Source of the DNA: a virus
Direction: 5' to 3' (one strand)
DNA: 64,000 nt
Virus record (IMG/VR): IMGVR_UViG_3300045988_137393
Below the pieces are notes generated by a model. That model was not told the DNA's origin. It ran no database searches and saw only the letters and a list, made by a program, of their open reading frames with translations. The first letter of the stretch is position 1. Every line of letters starts with the position of its first letter. This document shows, one piece after another, positions 18,835 to 28,739 of this stretch. A program made the translations under genes and the position numbers.

Positions 18835-18853
18835 AATCGTGAGGTGAATAGAT

Positions 18854-18997
18854 ATGGCAAAATCAAAATTTACAACAACACTTGATTCAGAATTATTAAA
18901 GAAAGCTAAGATTGAAGCAATTCAATTAGATATAAGTGTTGCACAATTTCTCGAAAAACTTATCGAGAAATACTTTGAGGATAAAGATAAGGAATAA
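18854..18997 (+). CDS. Ribbon-helix-helix (CopG/Arc-like) small DNA-binding protein, 47 aa
   Basis: RBS GAGGTG before the ATG. MAKSKFTTTLDSELLKKAKIEAIQLDISVAQFLEKLIEKYF fits a beta-alpha-alpha RHH pattern. It falls below the track length cutoff. Confidence 0.6.
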   Translation: MAKSKFTTTLDSELLKKAKIEAIQLDISVAQFLEKLIEKYFEDKDKE

Positions 18998-19012
18998 TCC
19001 TTATCTTTATCC
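18979..19012. repeat. Perfect 15-bp inverted repeat spanning the RHH stop codon
   Basis: GGATAAAGATAAGGA ataa TCCTTATCTTTATCC. Neither side has a clear U-tract. Confidence 0.8.
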
Positions 19013-19133
19013 AAAGGTATTCCCAAACGCCTAACAGCAATGGGATAGAGGTTATGGTTCTTAGCCATTTATCAAATATTTTGATAATAAACGGTTATGA
19101 AAAAGCCGATGAATCCGCTCTTTCTTTTAAATA

Positions 19134-19310
19134 TTAAATTTTAAATATGATAAGTCGCAATTCCCAATGAGCATTGGGATATTTATCAATATTACTTATC
19201 ACGAAATTATGTACTTCATTCATATTTCCAAAGTTCTTGTCAACATGAATTACTTTACCACCCAATAATTCCAATTCTTCACAGATTACATTGTAAAATG
19301 TTTTCTCCAT
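19134..19310 (-). CDS. Hypothetical small protein
   Basis: RBS AAGGAG before the internal ATG (MEKTFYNVICEEL...). It lies directly after the XRE gene stop. Confidence 0.55.
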   Translation of the reverse strand: MEKTFYNVICEELELLGGKVIHVDKNFGNMNEVHNFVISNIDKYPNAHWELRLIIFKI

Positions 19311-19321
19311 ATCAATTCTCC

Positions 19322-19555
19322 TTATCTCTTTATGCAAAACAAATCGTACAAATCAACATGTAATACATGAGATAAAGATACTGCATGAGAGAGTAGTATA
19401 TCAGAAGTATATCCATTTTCGAGATTGGATATTGCAGTTGCTGACAATCCTGTACGTCTCGCAAGTTCTGATATTGACATATTCTGTTGATACCTATATC
19501 TGCCTATTTCATTCTTCATGTATTTAGTCTGTGTATAATCTGTTTTTCTATACAT
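19322..19555 (-). CDS. XRE-family helix-turn-helix regulator
   Basis: NMSISELARRTGLSATAISNLENG is a typical HTH_3 motif. Confidence 0.75.
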   Translation of the reverse strand: MYRKTDYTQTKYMKNEIGRYRYQQNMSISELARRTGLSATAISNLENGYTSDILLSHAVSLSHVLHVDLYDLFCIKR

Positions 19556-19614
19556 ATATAATAAGGAAGAAATTCATAAGTTGAATTACTGGATTTTATG
19601 GTATAATAAAAGTA

Positions 19615-20091
19615 TTAGGGTTCATCCTTAATTGGTAACGACATTACTTCTGGCTTTAATTTATCATGATAGATATCATCGCCCCCAGCGGCTTCGTAAA
19701 TTTTCCCTAACTCCGTAAAAGTTTTTAATCCAGAATTGTCAACATAACCTTTTTCAGAAAATCTAGCATGTAATCCATATAACTGATTTCTTAATGTCGC
19801 AACTGTCCGCTCTTTATCAGCTCTTTCTTTTTCAGTTAATTGACATTTTATATCATCTATACCCTTTGACATTTTAGATATTTCTTTGTATTGCCAATTA
19901 TCATGTTTTTCTAAAGTGGTTATTCTGTCTTCAATTGTTTTTTTATCTTCTTCAAATCCAAATTTTATCCTAAAAGTCTTTTTAATTTTCAAAAATAAAT
20001 ACACTATTTTATCAATACCGAGAATAAAAATAAACACACCCATTATGATAGTTGGATACGGAAGATTAAATAATGCTTCTATTTCGTCCAT
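19615..20091 (-). CDS. Membrane-anchored protein (lysis-cassette neighbour)
   Basis: 158-aa ORF with an N-terminal TM helix (PTIIMGVFIFILGIDKIVYLFL). It lies directly downstream of the holin. Confidence 0.6.
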   Translation of the reverse strand: MDEIEALFNLPYPTIIMGVFIFILGIDKIVYLFLKIKKTFRIKFGFEEDKKTIEDRITTLEKHDNWQYKEISKMSKGIDDIKCQLTEKERADKERTVATLRNQLYGLHARFSEKGYVDNSGLKTFTELGKIYEAAGGDDIYHDKLKPEVMSLPIKDEP

Positions 20092-20102
20092 AACACACCA
20101 CC

Positions 20103-20384
20103 TTAATCTTTAGGTTTGTTGTAAGTTAGGGCAATAGAAGAATCTCCAATTCCTTTTGTTGTTGGATCGGTAATTGCATTAAATAATGAAGCTAATACCA
20201 TTACTACTACATATGGATTACTAATTGCTTGTACAAATGTTTCCCATACTTTTGACCAAGTTGTTAAATCTGAAGCTTGTAAACCAAAGTACGTAAGAAT
20301 CGGAATTACAACAGAAATTATAACTTGCGAAATAAATAAAATATTTTCTTTATTAAAACGAACTTTCCAGTTAATTTTATTCAT
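20103..20384 (-). CDS. Holin (Phage_holin_1-like)
   Basis: 93-aa ORF. INWKVRFNKEN...two TM segments...NAITDPTTKGIGDS matches the family pattern known from Firmicutes phages. Confidence 0.75.
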   Translation of the reverse strand: MNKINWKVRFNKENILFISQVIISVVIPILTYFGLQASDLTTWSKVWETFVQAISNPYVVVMVLASLFNAITDPTTKGIGDSSIALTYNKPKD

Positions 20385-20402
20385 GACTTTTCCTCCTATA
20401 AT

Positions 20403-21137
20403 TTATACTCTTTTGAGTTTTCCTGCTTTTAATAATGAAAGAAGTCGTGTGTTTTGATCTGAACTTCCTACATACCCAGCAATTCTATTAGCTTTTGCAA
20501 TTTTAATACGATGTGCTTTTGATGAATCTACTTTGATACTATCCAATGCAGACGAAATAGTAGTACACTTACTTGCGCACTTAGGATAATAACTTGATTT
20601 TTTATTTGATGTAGGCTTATTAGCTGTAGAAGTGATTGTATAAATAAATTCAACATGTCCTATCTGCTTTGGACGAGACGGATCAGTTCCAACAAACAAT
20701 ATTGCATCTCCGACCTTTAAAATTTCAGGATTTGTAATATGACCATTTTTAATCTTTACAGGAACAGTTTCAAACAATGAACTTGTATAAATTCCTGCCG
20801 TATTTAGTAACGGTACACTATATCCAATTTTCTTAAACGTAGCACATCCACTAGAAGAGCAGTCTGAATAATACTTCCCCTTATATGGAGTATATACATA
20901 TGGTCGTAACGACTGATTATATGAGTTCCGACCTAGAATGGTTTTGTATGTGTCATGAAACTTTTTTCGTCCAGAATCAGTAATTTTTTTTAATCGTCTT
21001 ACTGCAATAACTCCCTTATGTTTTCCGTTTGGAGCAATGCTTTTGTATCTGCTTTCAAGATATGTATACATATTTTTAGTAGACGGAGTTCCTGATCCAT
21101 GACCACACAATGTAATATCTTTTTCAGTTACTGCCAT
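20403..21137 (-). CDS. Endolysin, NlpC/P60-type cysteine peptidase
   Basis: DCSSSGCATF provides the Cys motif and GDAILFVG...IGHVEFIY the His motif. It is adjacent to the holin. Confidence 0.7.
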   Translation of the reverse strand: MAVTEKDITLCGHGSGTPSTKNMYTYLESRYKSIAPNGKHKGVIAVRRLKKITDSGRKKFHDTYKTILGRNSYNQSLRPYVYTPYKGKYYSDCSSSGCATFKKIGYSVPLLNTAGIYTSSLFETVPVKIKNGHITNPEILKVGDAILFVGTDPSRPKQIGHVEFIYTITSTANKPTSNKKSSYYPKCASKCTTISSALDSIKVDSSKAHRIKIAKANRIAGYVGSSDQNTRLLSLLKAGKLKRV

Positions 21138-21153
21138 AATAGTTTCCTCCTTC

Positions 21154-21378
21154 CTATGTTAATTCATGATTACACCATTTCTTATAAACTTCTTTTGTGT
21201 CGTTTCTAATAAAAGTCATTATAATAATTTTCTTTTCACATTTAGGACTATAACTCGTATATACATCCACTGGATAAACATTAGAGTCGATGTAAAAAGT
21301 TTGTTGATCTCGATTATATATACGAACAACTTCTTTTTCAGTGTAATTTCTTGGTTTTAAATTACTTTCAATTATCAT
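21154..21378 (-). CDS. Hypothetical protein
   Basis: 74-aa ORF in the operon. Confidence 0.5.
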   Translation of the reverse strand: MIIESNLKPRNYTEKEVVRIYNRDQQTFYIDSNVYPVDVYTSYSPKCEKKIIIMTFIRNDTKEVYKKWCNHELT

Positions 21379-21465
21379 TCCTTTTTATCCCTCAATTGAA
21401 TAACGTAAAAAATAGGGATTACAACATTGAATAGTGGTATGTCATAATCCCTTATTTAAAAATCA

Positions 21466-21840
21466 CTATTCAACATTACGTTCAGCCTCTTTTTCGACTT
21501 TTGTAACAATATCCTTTTTGACAGATTTAGCCTCTGTCTTTTTATTTTCTTTCTTAATAACTTGTGCTTTTGCCTTCATAATAGAAGTAATAGAATTTTT
21601 ATAGCTTTCACCAAAATATTCTTTTCTGCTTAAATCCAATTTATTTAACTTATCTTTAGCTTCAATATCTGTCATGCGTCCATCTTCAAATGCGGAAGCC
21701 ACTTCGTCAATTTCATGACAATTATCTGAACACCAACAAAAATACCATGTTGGCTTCAAACGGTCTTCTGGATTACAAACTGGACAAAACGAATAAGTTT
21801 TACCGCAAAGCACACAAGTTCTCAATTCTTTCTTTGACAT
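21466..21840 (-). CDS. Zinc-ribbon protein
   Basis: CVLCGKTYSFCPVC...CWCSDNCH. Confidence 0.6.
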   Translation of the reverse strand: MSKKELRTCVLCGKTYSFCPVCNPEDRLKPTWYFCWCSDNCHEIDEVASAFEDGRMTDIEAKDKLNKLDLSRKEYFGESYKNSITSIMKAKAQVIKKENKKTEAKSVKKDIVTKVEKEAERNVE

Positions 21841-21889
21841 TATTCCTCCTTGTAAGAATAGGGCAGTAATTTAACTGCCCTACGTGTCC

Positions 21890-22738
21890 TTATAATTCGA
21901 TGTCGTCCTCTTCCTCATCAATGTAATAAATAGAGAAAAGTTCTGCATCTGTAGAGCAAGCATTTAACATCATAGAACCCTTATAGTCCATTGTCTGAGA
22001 ATCACCACTCTGTAATGCAAGTGAGAACTCAGGACTTGGCATAAATGAAGGGATATGAATGATAGCTGCTTTTAATACATCAGTTTCACACTTATCTACT
22101 ACAAGTGCCTTGAAGAACAACTCATGAGACTTAGGGAACTTTTTACCAGAATTAGTAATCTTTGCTCCACTCTTAATTGTCTTCTTATACTTTATAATAT
22201 ACTGAGTTTCACCATCTGCAATAGGCGGTGTTAATACATCACTCGCAGGAGTTGTTACATGCTGATCTCCTGGATCTTTTGCCTCATCAGTATGCTTAAT
22301 TGCATATTCAGTAGCAGAAGCAGCAGATCCTTTCTTAAATTCGTCCTTACCCATAGAACCTTTTGTAGAAAGAGCATTTACATGAATAGAACCTTCAATA
22401 AATCCCGTAATATCCAATGTCTCGCCAGCTTTTACGATCTGAATCATCGGCATAACAATACCATTATCTGCGGTTGCAATCTCGGCATCAGTAGCAGAAA
22501 TAGTCTCTACAACAGCAAGATTAAGGAATGCGTTAGTTGCAGTAACCTCACCTTTCTTACCTGTATACTTACGATATACAAGGTTTCCATCCTTATCATT
22601 GATATCTGTTGAGTCAGCAGTAATATCAATATTTGCCTGTGTAAGCTGTGTTAAAGCATACAGAGGTGTACCATTAGACTTTGCACCGTAACCAAACTGA
22701 AGTCTATCTACGATTACGTCACCTAATTTAAATGCCAT
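21890..22738 (-). CDS. Major tail (tube) protein candidate
   Basis: 282-aa ORF with strong RBS GGAGGAAAATAATT before the ATG. The call rests on its position after the head-tail joining genes and on its acidic C-terminus. Confidence 0.5.
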   Translation of the reverse strand: MAFKLGDVIVDRLQFGYGAKSNGTPLYALTQLTQANIDITADSTDINDKDGNLVYRKYTGKKGEVTATNAFLNLAVVETISATDAEIATADNGIVMPMIQIVKAGETLDITGFIEGSIHVNALSTKGSMGKDEFKKGSAASATEYAIKHTDEAKDPGDQHVTTPASDVLTPPIADGETQYIIKYKKTIKSGAKITNSGKKFPKSHELFFKALVVDKCETDVLKAAIIHIPSFMPSPEFSLALQSGDSQTMDYKGSMMLNACSTDAELFSIYYIDEEEDDIEL

Positions 22739-22790
22739 AATTATTTTCCTCCTTTAAAATTGTTATTTTTATGCAATAAAAAATGAGCGA

Positions 22791-23624
22791 TTATAATTCG
22801 CCCATAAAATTGATTAAGTCTTCGGGAATATCTTTGGCTGACACCATACCGCCATAGATCCCATGTAATGCAGCCGTTCCCTGTTCGTATTTTTGAATTC
22901 TGTTTACAGAATCCATAAACTGACATATATTCACTTGTTTTAATTCTTCCAACTTATATTTAAACCCAGGATGATTTATACAACTCGAAACAAGTGGTAA
23001 AAGAGTCGATATGCCTTTCTTTTTATCATCCTGTTCTGCTTTCATTCTATCTTCTTGTAAAATCCATTGTTTTGTTGTTCTACCTTTTGCCTTTTCAACC
23101 TTTGGATGAACATTCATCATCGCTCGAATAAATTCAGCAATTTCCATATATTCATCATCATAAATAATCATATTTTTATCTTGATTAAAAAGTGCAAGAT
23201 GATTGTATTCTGGATCGTCAACATTTTTTCTTGCTTGAATTAGTTCAAATCCATCAAAACTAAAATCTTTGAATAGTAGCTTTAACGGCTCTTTATCTTC
23301 GAGCAATTGATATAAGATATAAAACACTTCAATATCTTTTGTTTTGTTCCAATCCTTTTTAAATACATCATAAAGAAGAACTCGAATAGAAGTAGAATTA
23401 CTAAGAAAAGGAGAGATTGCTTGGTAAAATTTTGATTCACCAATATCTAAAATATCTCCTATAGTTGGAATGGAAATAGTAATACCATTTATAGTATAAT
23501 CTTCACCAAAATACATTTTAAGTTTGTCAAAATGGTATTCTGGATTATTACTTTTTTCTTGTTTCTTTTTTATATCTTCTTCAGCAGCAGATTGAAGATT
23601 ATTTAATGTCTCTAATACATCCAA
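22791..23624 (-). CDS. Hypothetical structural-module protein
   Basis: 277-aa ORF. Confidence 0.65.
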   Translation of the reverse strand: MDVLETLNNLQSAAEEDIKKKQEKSNNPEYHFDKLKMYFGEDYTINGITISIPTIGDILDIGESKFYQAISPFLSNSTSIRVLLYDVFKKDWNKTKDIEVFYILYQLLEDKEPLKLLFKDFSFDGFELIQARKNVDDPEYNHLALFNQDKNMIIYDDEYMEIAEFIRAMMNVHPKVEKAKGRTTKQWILQEDRMKAEQDDKKKGISTLLPLVSSCINHPGFKYKLEELKQVNICQFMDSVNRIQKYEQGTAALHGIYGGMVSAKDIPEDLINFMGEL

Positions 23625-23628
23625 ATAA

Positions 23629-24279
23629 TCACCGCCTTATACCGTAATTCATAATAGAAGACTTTTTATCTGTTGTTTTATGAATTCCATTAGTATCAAC
23701 AACTTGGAATACGAGAGTGCGAACAAGATAATTATTATCTGTTGTAGATTCCTTTGATGATACAAGATGTGTTTGCATTCCAAATATATTAGACCAATTA
23801 AATCGCTCTCTTATAATAGAAGCAATGAGGTCATGCCTTGGAATACCTGTTAATTTATCATTTCTGTCATTACCATGAACAAAAATAGTGAATGTAACAT
23901 TCGTATACTTTAATGTATCCTGATAGCGAGGCATTTCATCAAAAGATACTTGGTAACAGATATAATGTTTTACCTCCGTCTGAGTGTCAGGAATAAACAA
24001 ATAAGGACGGATATTGGATGTTCCACCAAAATATCTATCCCATTCCCCAAGAGGTTCATACTCTTTTGTATCTTCGTTCCATTCCCAGTTGATATTACCA
24101 TCATCGTCAAAAAGTTCAGATTCTAATGACTTCTCATTAAGTGCATATAAAAGACATGGATTAAGCATAAGTGCTTTTTCAATCTTTTTCTTATACTGAA
24201 TATTTTCATCATCAGGAGTAGTCTTATATGCACGAAGCTTATTTAACAAATCATTTTTTGTAACTAATTTTTCTGCCAT
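23629..24279 (-). CDS. Hypothetical structural-module protein
   Basis: 216-aa ORF. Confidence 0.65.
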   Translation of the reverse strand: MAEKLVTKNDLLNKLRAYKTTPDDENIQYKKKIEKALMLNPCLLYALNEKSLESELFDDDGNINWEWNEDTKEYEPLGEWDRYFGGTSNIRPYLFIPDTQTEVKHYICYQVSFDEMPRYQDTLKYTNVTFTIFVHGNDRNDKLTGIPRHDLIASIIRERFNWSNIFGMQTHLVSSKESTTDNNYLVRTLVFQVVDTNGIHKTTDKKSSIMNYGIRR

Positions 24280-24289
24280 AAAACACCTC

Positions 24290-25528
24290 CTATTCAGTTA
24301 ATTCTAACGACAAAATTTCAGATTCAATCGACAAGTTATCCTTAACAATTTCACATTTAACAGATAATATTTTGCCGATAGTAGAAGTGTCGTTGGGAAA
24401 CTTTGCTTTCTTTTGGTTGTACTCTGTACCAGCTCGCCATGTTACTTTATCAGTCCAGCCTTCATTATCAATAGAACAAGTCCATGTAAAAGTTGCATCA
24501 GCATATTCAGTTGTAATATCTTCATTGGAATCGTTGAATAGATTTACTGTGAGATTTTTATAAGAGCCGCCAACTTTGATTGTTGAAGTGGATGCTGAAA
24601 TTCTTGCTGTTATAGAAGATGGGGGAGTGGTTGGAGTAGATGAATCTGTTGGGGCGATTTCTGAATCGAAATAGTTCGCATACATTTCGCCTGTTTCAAG
24701 ATTAACATAATCGGTATGCTCGTTAAATCTATCCTGATAGAGTGTAAGCTTTTGAATACCAAGAGGTTGAGTGTTCTCACATTTTGTAATACGCCATGTG
24801 ACAGGTTCTTTAATAGGCGCGCTTACGATAAGGCGCATATTTTTATCATTGTCATCAGAATACCAAAACTTCTCTGTTATAGAATTCATTGAAAACCATA
24901 ATTTAGTTTGATTGTCTGGGCGTGAGAACACTTTGTCTACATAACTGCCGCTGGTATATGATGACTGCATACGAATTGCACACCACATATTTCTTTTATA
25001 TCTTTTATCACCATCTTGTTCTATCCAATACAGACGATAATTCAGTGGCAAAATTAAAAATTTTGGGAACTGATTGGCAGGTTCATCACGACAAATAAGC
25101 CATTTGTGATAAATTCCTCTATCATCTGGAATATCAATCATCATACCGATTGGGTAGTCAGCTCCATACTTTTTATGAAAGTCTTTCTCATAATAGTAAA
25201 GTTCGTCTTTCTCTGTGAAATCAAACTTCTCATCGGGTCTAAACTGAATATAATAATCAACCTGATCCTTATCCATAGACTGATACGATTTAACAATAAA
25301 CTTAATATCAATACGAGTTTTTGTTGTATTCTCATATGTCATATGATCTTTTATTTCTGGTTGGTCATCATGGAAGTAGTCATAGATATATGCGACTTTA
25401 CTTTGGGGATCATTCCACCATGTCTGTTCCATCGCCCAATCAGACTGTTCCTTATAAATCTGACCAATCGTTTTAGCACCGTTGTTCTTGGCGTTTGCGA
25501 CACGCCTAGCTGTTTGTAGACTCGGCAT
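24290..25528 (-). CDS. Hypothetical structural protein (412 aa)
   Basis: RBS GAGGAGG lies 9 nt before the internal ATG (MPSLQTARR...). Confidence 0.7.
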   Translation of the reverse strand: MPSLQTARRVANAKNNGAKTIGQIYKEQSDWAMEQTWWNDPQSKVAYIYDYFHDDQPEIKDHMTYENTTKTRIDIKFIVKSYQSMDKDQVDYYIQFRPDEKFDFTEKDELYYYEKDFHKKYGADYPIGMMIDIPDDRGIYHKWLICRDEPANQFPKFLILPLNYRLYWIEQDGDKRYKRNMWCAIRMQSSYTSGSYVDKVFSRPDNQTKLWFSMNSITEKFWYSDDNDKNMRLIVSAPIKEPVTWRITKCENTQPLGIQKLTLYQDRFNEHTDYVNLETGEMYANYFDSEIAPTDSSTPTTPPSSITARISASTSTIKVGGSYKNLTVNLFNDSNEDITTEYADATFTWTCSIDNEGWTDKVTWRAGTEYNQKKAKFPNDTSTIGKILSVKCEIVKDNLSIESEILSLELTE

Positions 25529-25871
25529 CGCAACCCACCTCCTCAAACATTTGCTTAATATATCCGTGAGAATCTAAGATTGCCCTACGGAATTTTTTGT
25601 AACTAAAATGGTCACTCTTGAAATTATCCATAGCACCTTGCAAGGTTGCCATAAGAGTTACCATAAGTCCGTTGTCGTTAAATAGAGTTTTTGTGCCACC
25701 TAATTTAAACATAACATTCTCAAAGAAGATGAGAAATGCTTCATCATCTTCAAATATTTTCTCTTCAATTGTTTTGTCTTTGTAGAGCAGTAGCTTGTGA
25801 ATGTCACCATGCATTGCACGAACTGCTTCATTGATTTGCTTGTCTGTGAAGTCACCATATATGTATTGCAT
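25506..25871 (-). CDS. Hypothetical head-tail module protein
   Basis: The start is moved to MQYIYGDF, preceded by GGAG and by the stop of the upstream ORF (TAATATG). Confidence 0.6.
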   Translation of the reverse strand: MQYIYGDFTDKQINEAVRAMHGDIHKLLLYKDKTIEEKIFEDDEAFLIFFENVMFKLGGTKTLFNDNGLMVTLMATLQGAMDNFKSDHFSYKKFRRAILDSHGYIKQMFEEVGCDAESTNS

Positions 25872-25872
25872 A

Positions 25873-26328
25873 TTAGGACTCCGTTGACGAATATGGTTTA
25901 AAAGCAAAACCATAATCACGAATAAGTTTTTGCTGTTCAATTTTCATTTCTTTCAGCAATGCCTTATTCAATGAAAAATCGTCCTTCAATTTTTTTTCTT
26001 CTTTTCCACCGAAAAACCTTACAGTATTTTCCAATGATTTAACTTTTGGTTCAAGCCATTTTATAGCCATACCTTTGCTAAACAGTTCAATAACAAATTC
26101 TTCATCAGAATACTCGTCAACAGAAGTTGTTAATTCAAATTCAAACTGTTCCATTTCATCATCAAGTTTTAATGTGGAAAATAATCTACGAATAAATGGA
26201 CTAGAGATAGCAGAATGTAAACGTTCTGCTAATATTTCATGCAAATCAGACTCTTTTAAAGACAATTCTTTGACATCATCAATTAATCCAAAGTATCTGT
26301 CGAATACTTTTTCGTAGGAGATATTCAT
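25873..26328 (-). CDS. Hypothetical head-tail module protein
   Basis: 151-aa ORF. Confidence 0.6.
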   Translation of the reverse strand: MNISYEKVFDRYFGLIDDVKELSLKESDLHEILAERLHSAISSPFIRRLFSTLKLDDEMEQFEFELTTSVDEYSDEEFVIELFSKGMAIKWLEPKVKSLENTVRFFGGKEEKKLKDDFSLNKALLKEMKIEQQKLIRDYGFAFKPYSSTES

Positions 26329-26345
26329 ATAACACCTCCAATATA

Positions 26346-26915
26346 TTACTCAGCAAGTAACTTCAAATCAGTACCGCATTCCTCATCAATAATCTTGATT
26401 TTATTCATACTGTCAAAAGTTCCTTCTGAAATCATTTCAGAAACCATTGTTGCGATTGTATTTTTGAAACCAGATGGAAGTTTTCTAAACTCTTCACTAA
26501 AACGCATAGTAGGAAGATTGATAAGATTTATTAAATCCTCTCTATCATATAAACCATCATATACTTTTTTAACTTCCTGCCAATGTACATTTTCAAGCAG
26601 CTCCTCATCTTCAATAATGATATAAGGTGCAAATAAAGACTTCTTACGAACAAGTAAGGCTGAGAGTAAGTCCTGATACTCAATATATCTGAAATCACCC
26701 ATGTTACTAAACTCATATGTAATCTTTGTCTTATCACCAGTAAATAAAAGAGTACCTGCATACATAGAACGACATGGAATTAAATCATCTGGTTCATACT
26801 TCTTAGGTTTCTTAACCTCTGCAACTGTTTCCTTTACTGTATCTTTTTCAACCCTTGTATCTTCTGCCTTTGTTTTTGCGGCTGAAGTAGTTGTAGCTTT
26901 CTTCTGATAAGCCAT
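26346..26915 (-). CDS. Hypothetical protein downstream of capsid gene
   Basis: 189-aa ORF. Confidence 0.6.
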   Translation of the reverse strand: MAYQKKATTTSAAKTKAEDTRVEKDTVKETVAEVKKPKKYEPDDLIPCRSMYAGTLLFTGDKTKITYEFSNMGDFRYIEYQDLLSALLVRKKSLFAPYIIIEDEELLENVHWQEVKKVYDGLYDREDLINLINLPTMRFSEEFRKLPSGFKNTIATMVSEMISEGTFDSMNKIKIIDEECGTDLKLLAE

Positions 26916-26990
26916 TTATATTTTCTCCTTTCACTCAATTCAAAAAGGACTGCATATCATTTAGATATACAGTCCAAATATTTCTATGGA

Positions 26991-28091
26991 TTACGCACCG
27001 ATTGTCCAAGTACCAAATCTTGTGTTGGTCATAGTCTTGATACCAAAACGAGACTTGAACTCGTACTCTTTTGTATCATCGGCATTATCACCAGACTCAG
27101 ATACTTCCTTAGTCTCATCCATTCCCTCATAGTACATCTTAACAAACTTGTCGATGTTAGATGGGAGAATAAGAAGCTTTGTATCGTCTTCAAGGTAATG
27201 TTCTACGTCATTCTCCTTAAATGCCTGTGGAAGCTCGATAATCTGAGTACCCTCAAATGTACCAATTCTACCAGTGTTATAAACATCGTTCTTTGCAGCT
27301 TCAGAAACCCACTGAATATCTCCAAGGTTCTTTAATCCTGCAAGAGCAACCTTTGTACCAACAATAGTAGCGACACCACCTGTAGCAAGCTGAACATCAG
27401 AAATAAGCTTTACAAACTTATCATGGTTAGCTGCATTTAACTCACCACGGATATTCCACTTAGTAGGAACAGGAAGAGAAGTACCGGCACTCATAACAGC
27501 TTCATGAAGAAGAGTATTGATTAATCTTGTGAATGCTTCTGCAATCTTATTGATTAACTCACTCCAATCTTCAACGCCCTGAAGGAATCTTGACATTTCC
27601 ATGTAAACCTTTGCGCCATAAGACTTAACGTTCACACCAAATTCCTTGCCAGCACCAAGTCTCTGTCTCTCAATACTGTGATGACCATCAGCAATCTCAG
27701 CAACAGTAATAATGCAAGGATCTTTTGTATAGAACTTGTTTGTCTGTCCAAGAGCGAGAGTCTTAACTTCTACATACTTCTGGAATACAGGTGAACTTGT
27801 CCAACCAGATACAAGAGTATCTTCAACAGTCTCCTCAATAACCTCGAATACAGCCTCTCTTACAGACTGTTTCTTAAATGCCTTTCTTACCTCATTAGGA
27901 GTAGGAGACTCAGAAAGACCTGCCATCTCAATAATTGTTGTACGAATCTTATCATTTGCTTCTTCGATAGAATACTGCTTTACAGTACCCTTTGCTGTGT
28001 CAACACACAGACGAGAGAAATTCTTATATTTTGTTTCATCAAACTTTTCAACGATTACATCGCTCATTTCATTAAATCTTAATCTCTGCAT
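26991..28091 (-). CDS. Major capsid protein candidate
   Basis: 366-aa ORF with a strong RBS. The call rests on its position after the protease/scaffold gene and on its size. Confidence 0.6.
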   Translation of the reverse strand: MQRLRFNEMSDVIVEKFDETKYKNFSRLCVDTAKGTVKQYSIEEANDKIRTTIIEMAGLSESPTPNEVRKAFKKQSVREAVFEVIEETVEDTLVSGWTSSPVFQKYVEVKTLALGQTNKFYTKDPCIITVAEIADGHHSIERQRLGAGKEFGVNVKSYGAKVYMEMSRFLQGVEDWSELINKIAEAFTRLINTLLHEAVMSAGTSLPVPTKWNIRGELNAANHDKFVKLISDVQLATGGVATIVGTKVALAGLKNLGDIQWVSEAAKNDVYNTGRIGTFEGTQIIELPQAFKENDVEHYLEDDTKLLILPSNIDKFVKMYYEGMDETKEVSESGDNADDTKEYEFKSRFGIKTMTNTRFGTWTIGA

Positions 28092-28118
28092 AGTATATTA
28101 ATCCTCCTTTCTACCGAA

Positions 28119-28640
28119 TTACGCATATACCTGGGCATTCTTATCTACCCAAATACGATAATTTCCATTTGCAGCAACCTCGTAGATATGTCCTACAAAA
28201 CCATACTCAGTCATACTTGGTTTTTCACCAGTTGTAAGCTTGAAGTCTGTACCATCTACGAATACATATTTTCCAACAGCTAATTCTGCATCAGAATTGA
28301 AAGCTTCTGTAGAAAGTGTGAATCTATCAGTGTCCTGAATCTCGTAAGCTCTCATAACTTCACCCTTACCGTTGTAGAAGTTAGATTCCTCCTGCATCTT
28401 TGTTGTATATTCCTCATAAATCTTTGGAGCAGTTAAAATGAGAACAATCTTGTCTCCCTTTGCAGGAACTTTTGCTTCAAACACATCTGCTTTCTTTCTG
28501 TCACCAATTACAGCAACAGAACCATTGTCAATATCCTTAGACTCATTTACTAAGTTGTAGTGATGACCAACTTTTGTAGCCTTAAGTAAAGTTGACTCAG
28601 CAACACCGTGCTTAGTATATGAAATGAAATTACTAGCCAT
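28119..28640 (-). CDS. Hypothetical head protein (scaffold/decoration candidate)
   Basis: 173-aa ORF between the scaffold/protease gene and the capsid gene, with a strong RBS. Confidence 0.55.
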   Translation of the reverse strand: MASNFISYTKHGVAESTLLKATKVGHHYNLVNESKDIDNGSVAVIGDRKKADVFEAKVPAKGDKIVLILTAPKIYEEYTTKMQEESNFYNGKGEVMRAYEIQDTDRFTLSTEAFNSDAELAVGKYVFVDGTDFKLTTGEKPSMTEYGFVGHIYEVAANGNYRIWVDKNAQVYA

Positions 28641-28739
28641 AGTTTTATTTCCTCCTTAAAATTTCTAATTTTTGTGCAATAAAAAACACCTATGGATTTT
28701 TCCATAAGTGCTAATTCATAAAGTTATTTAGTTTTTGAT

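Larger units (their letters stand above)
17485..18850 (-). mobile_element. IS605-family tnpB-only element (ends not defined)
   Basis: The tnpB gene interrupts an otherwise structural/lysis gene string. The ends and the omega-RNA could not be delimited by eye. Confidence 0.4.
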
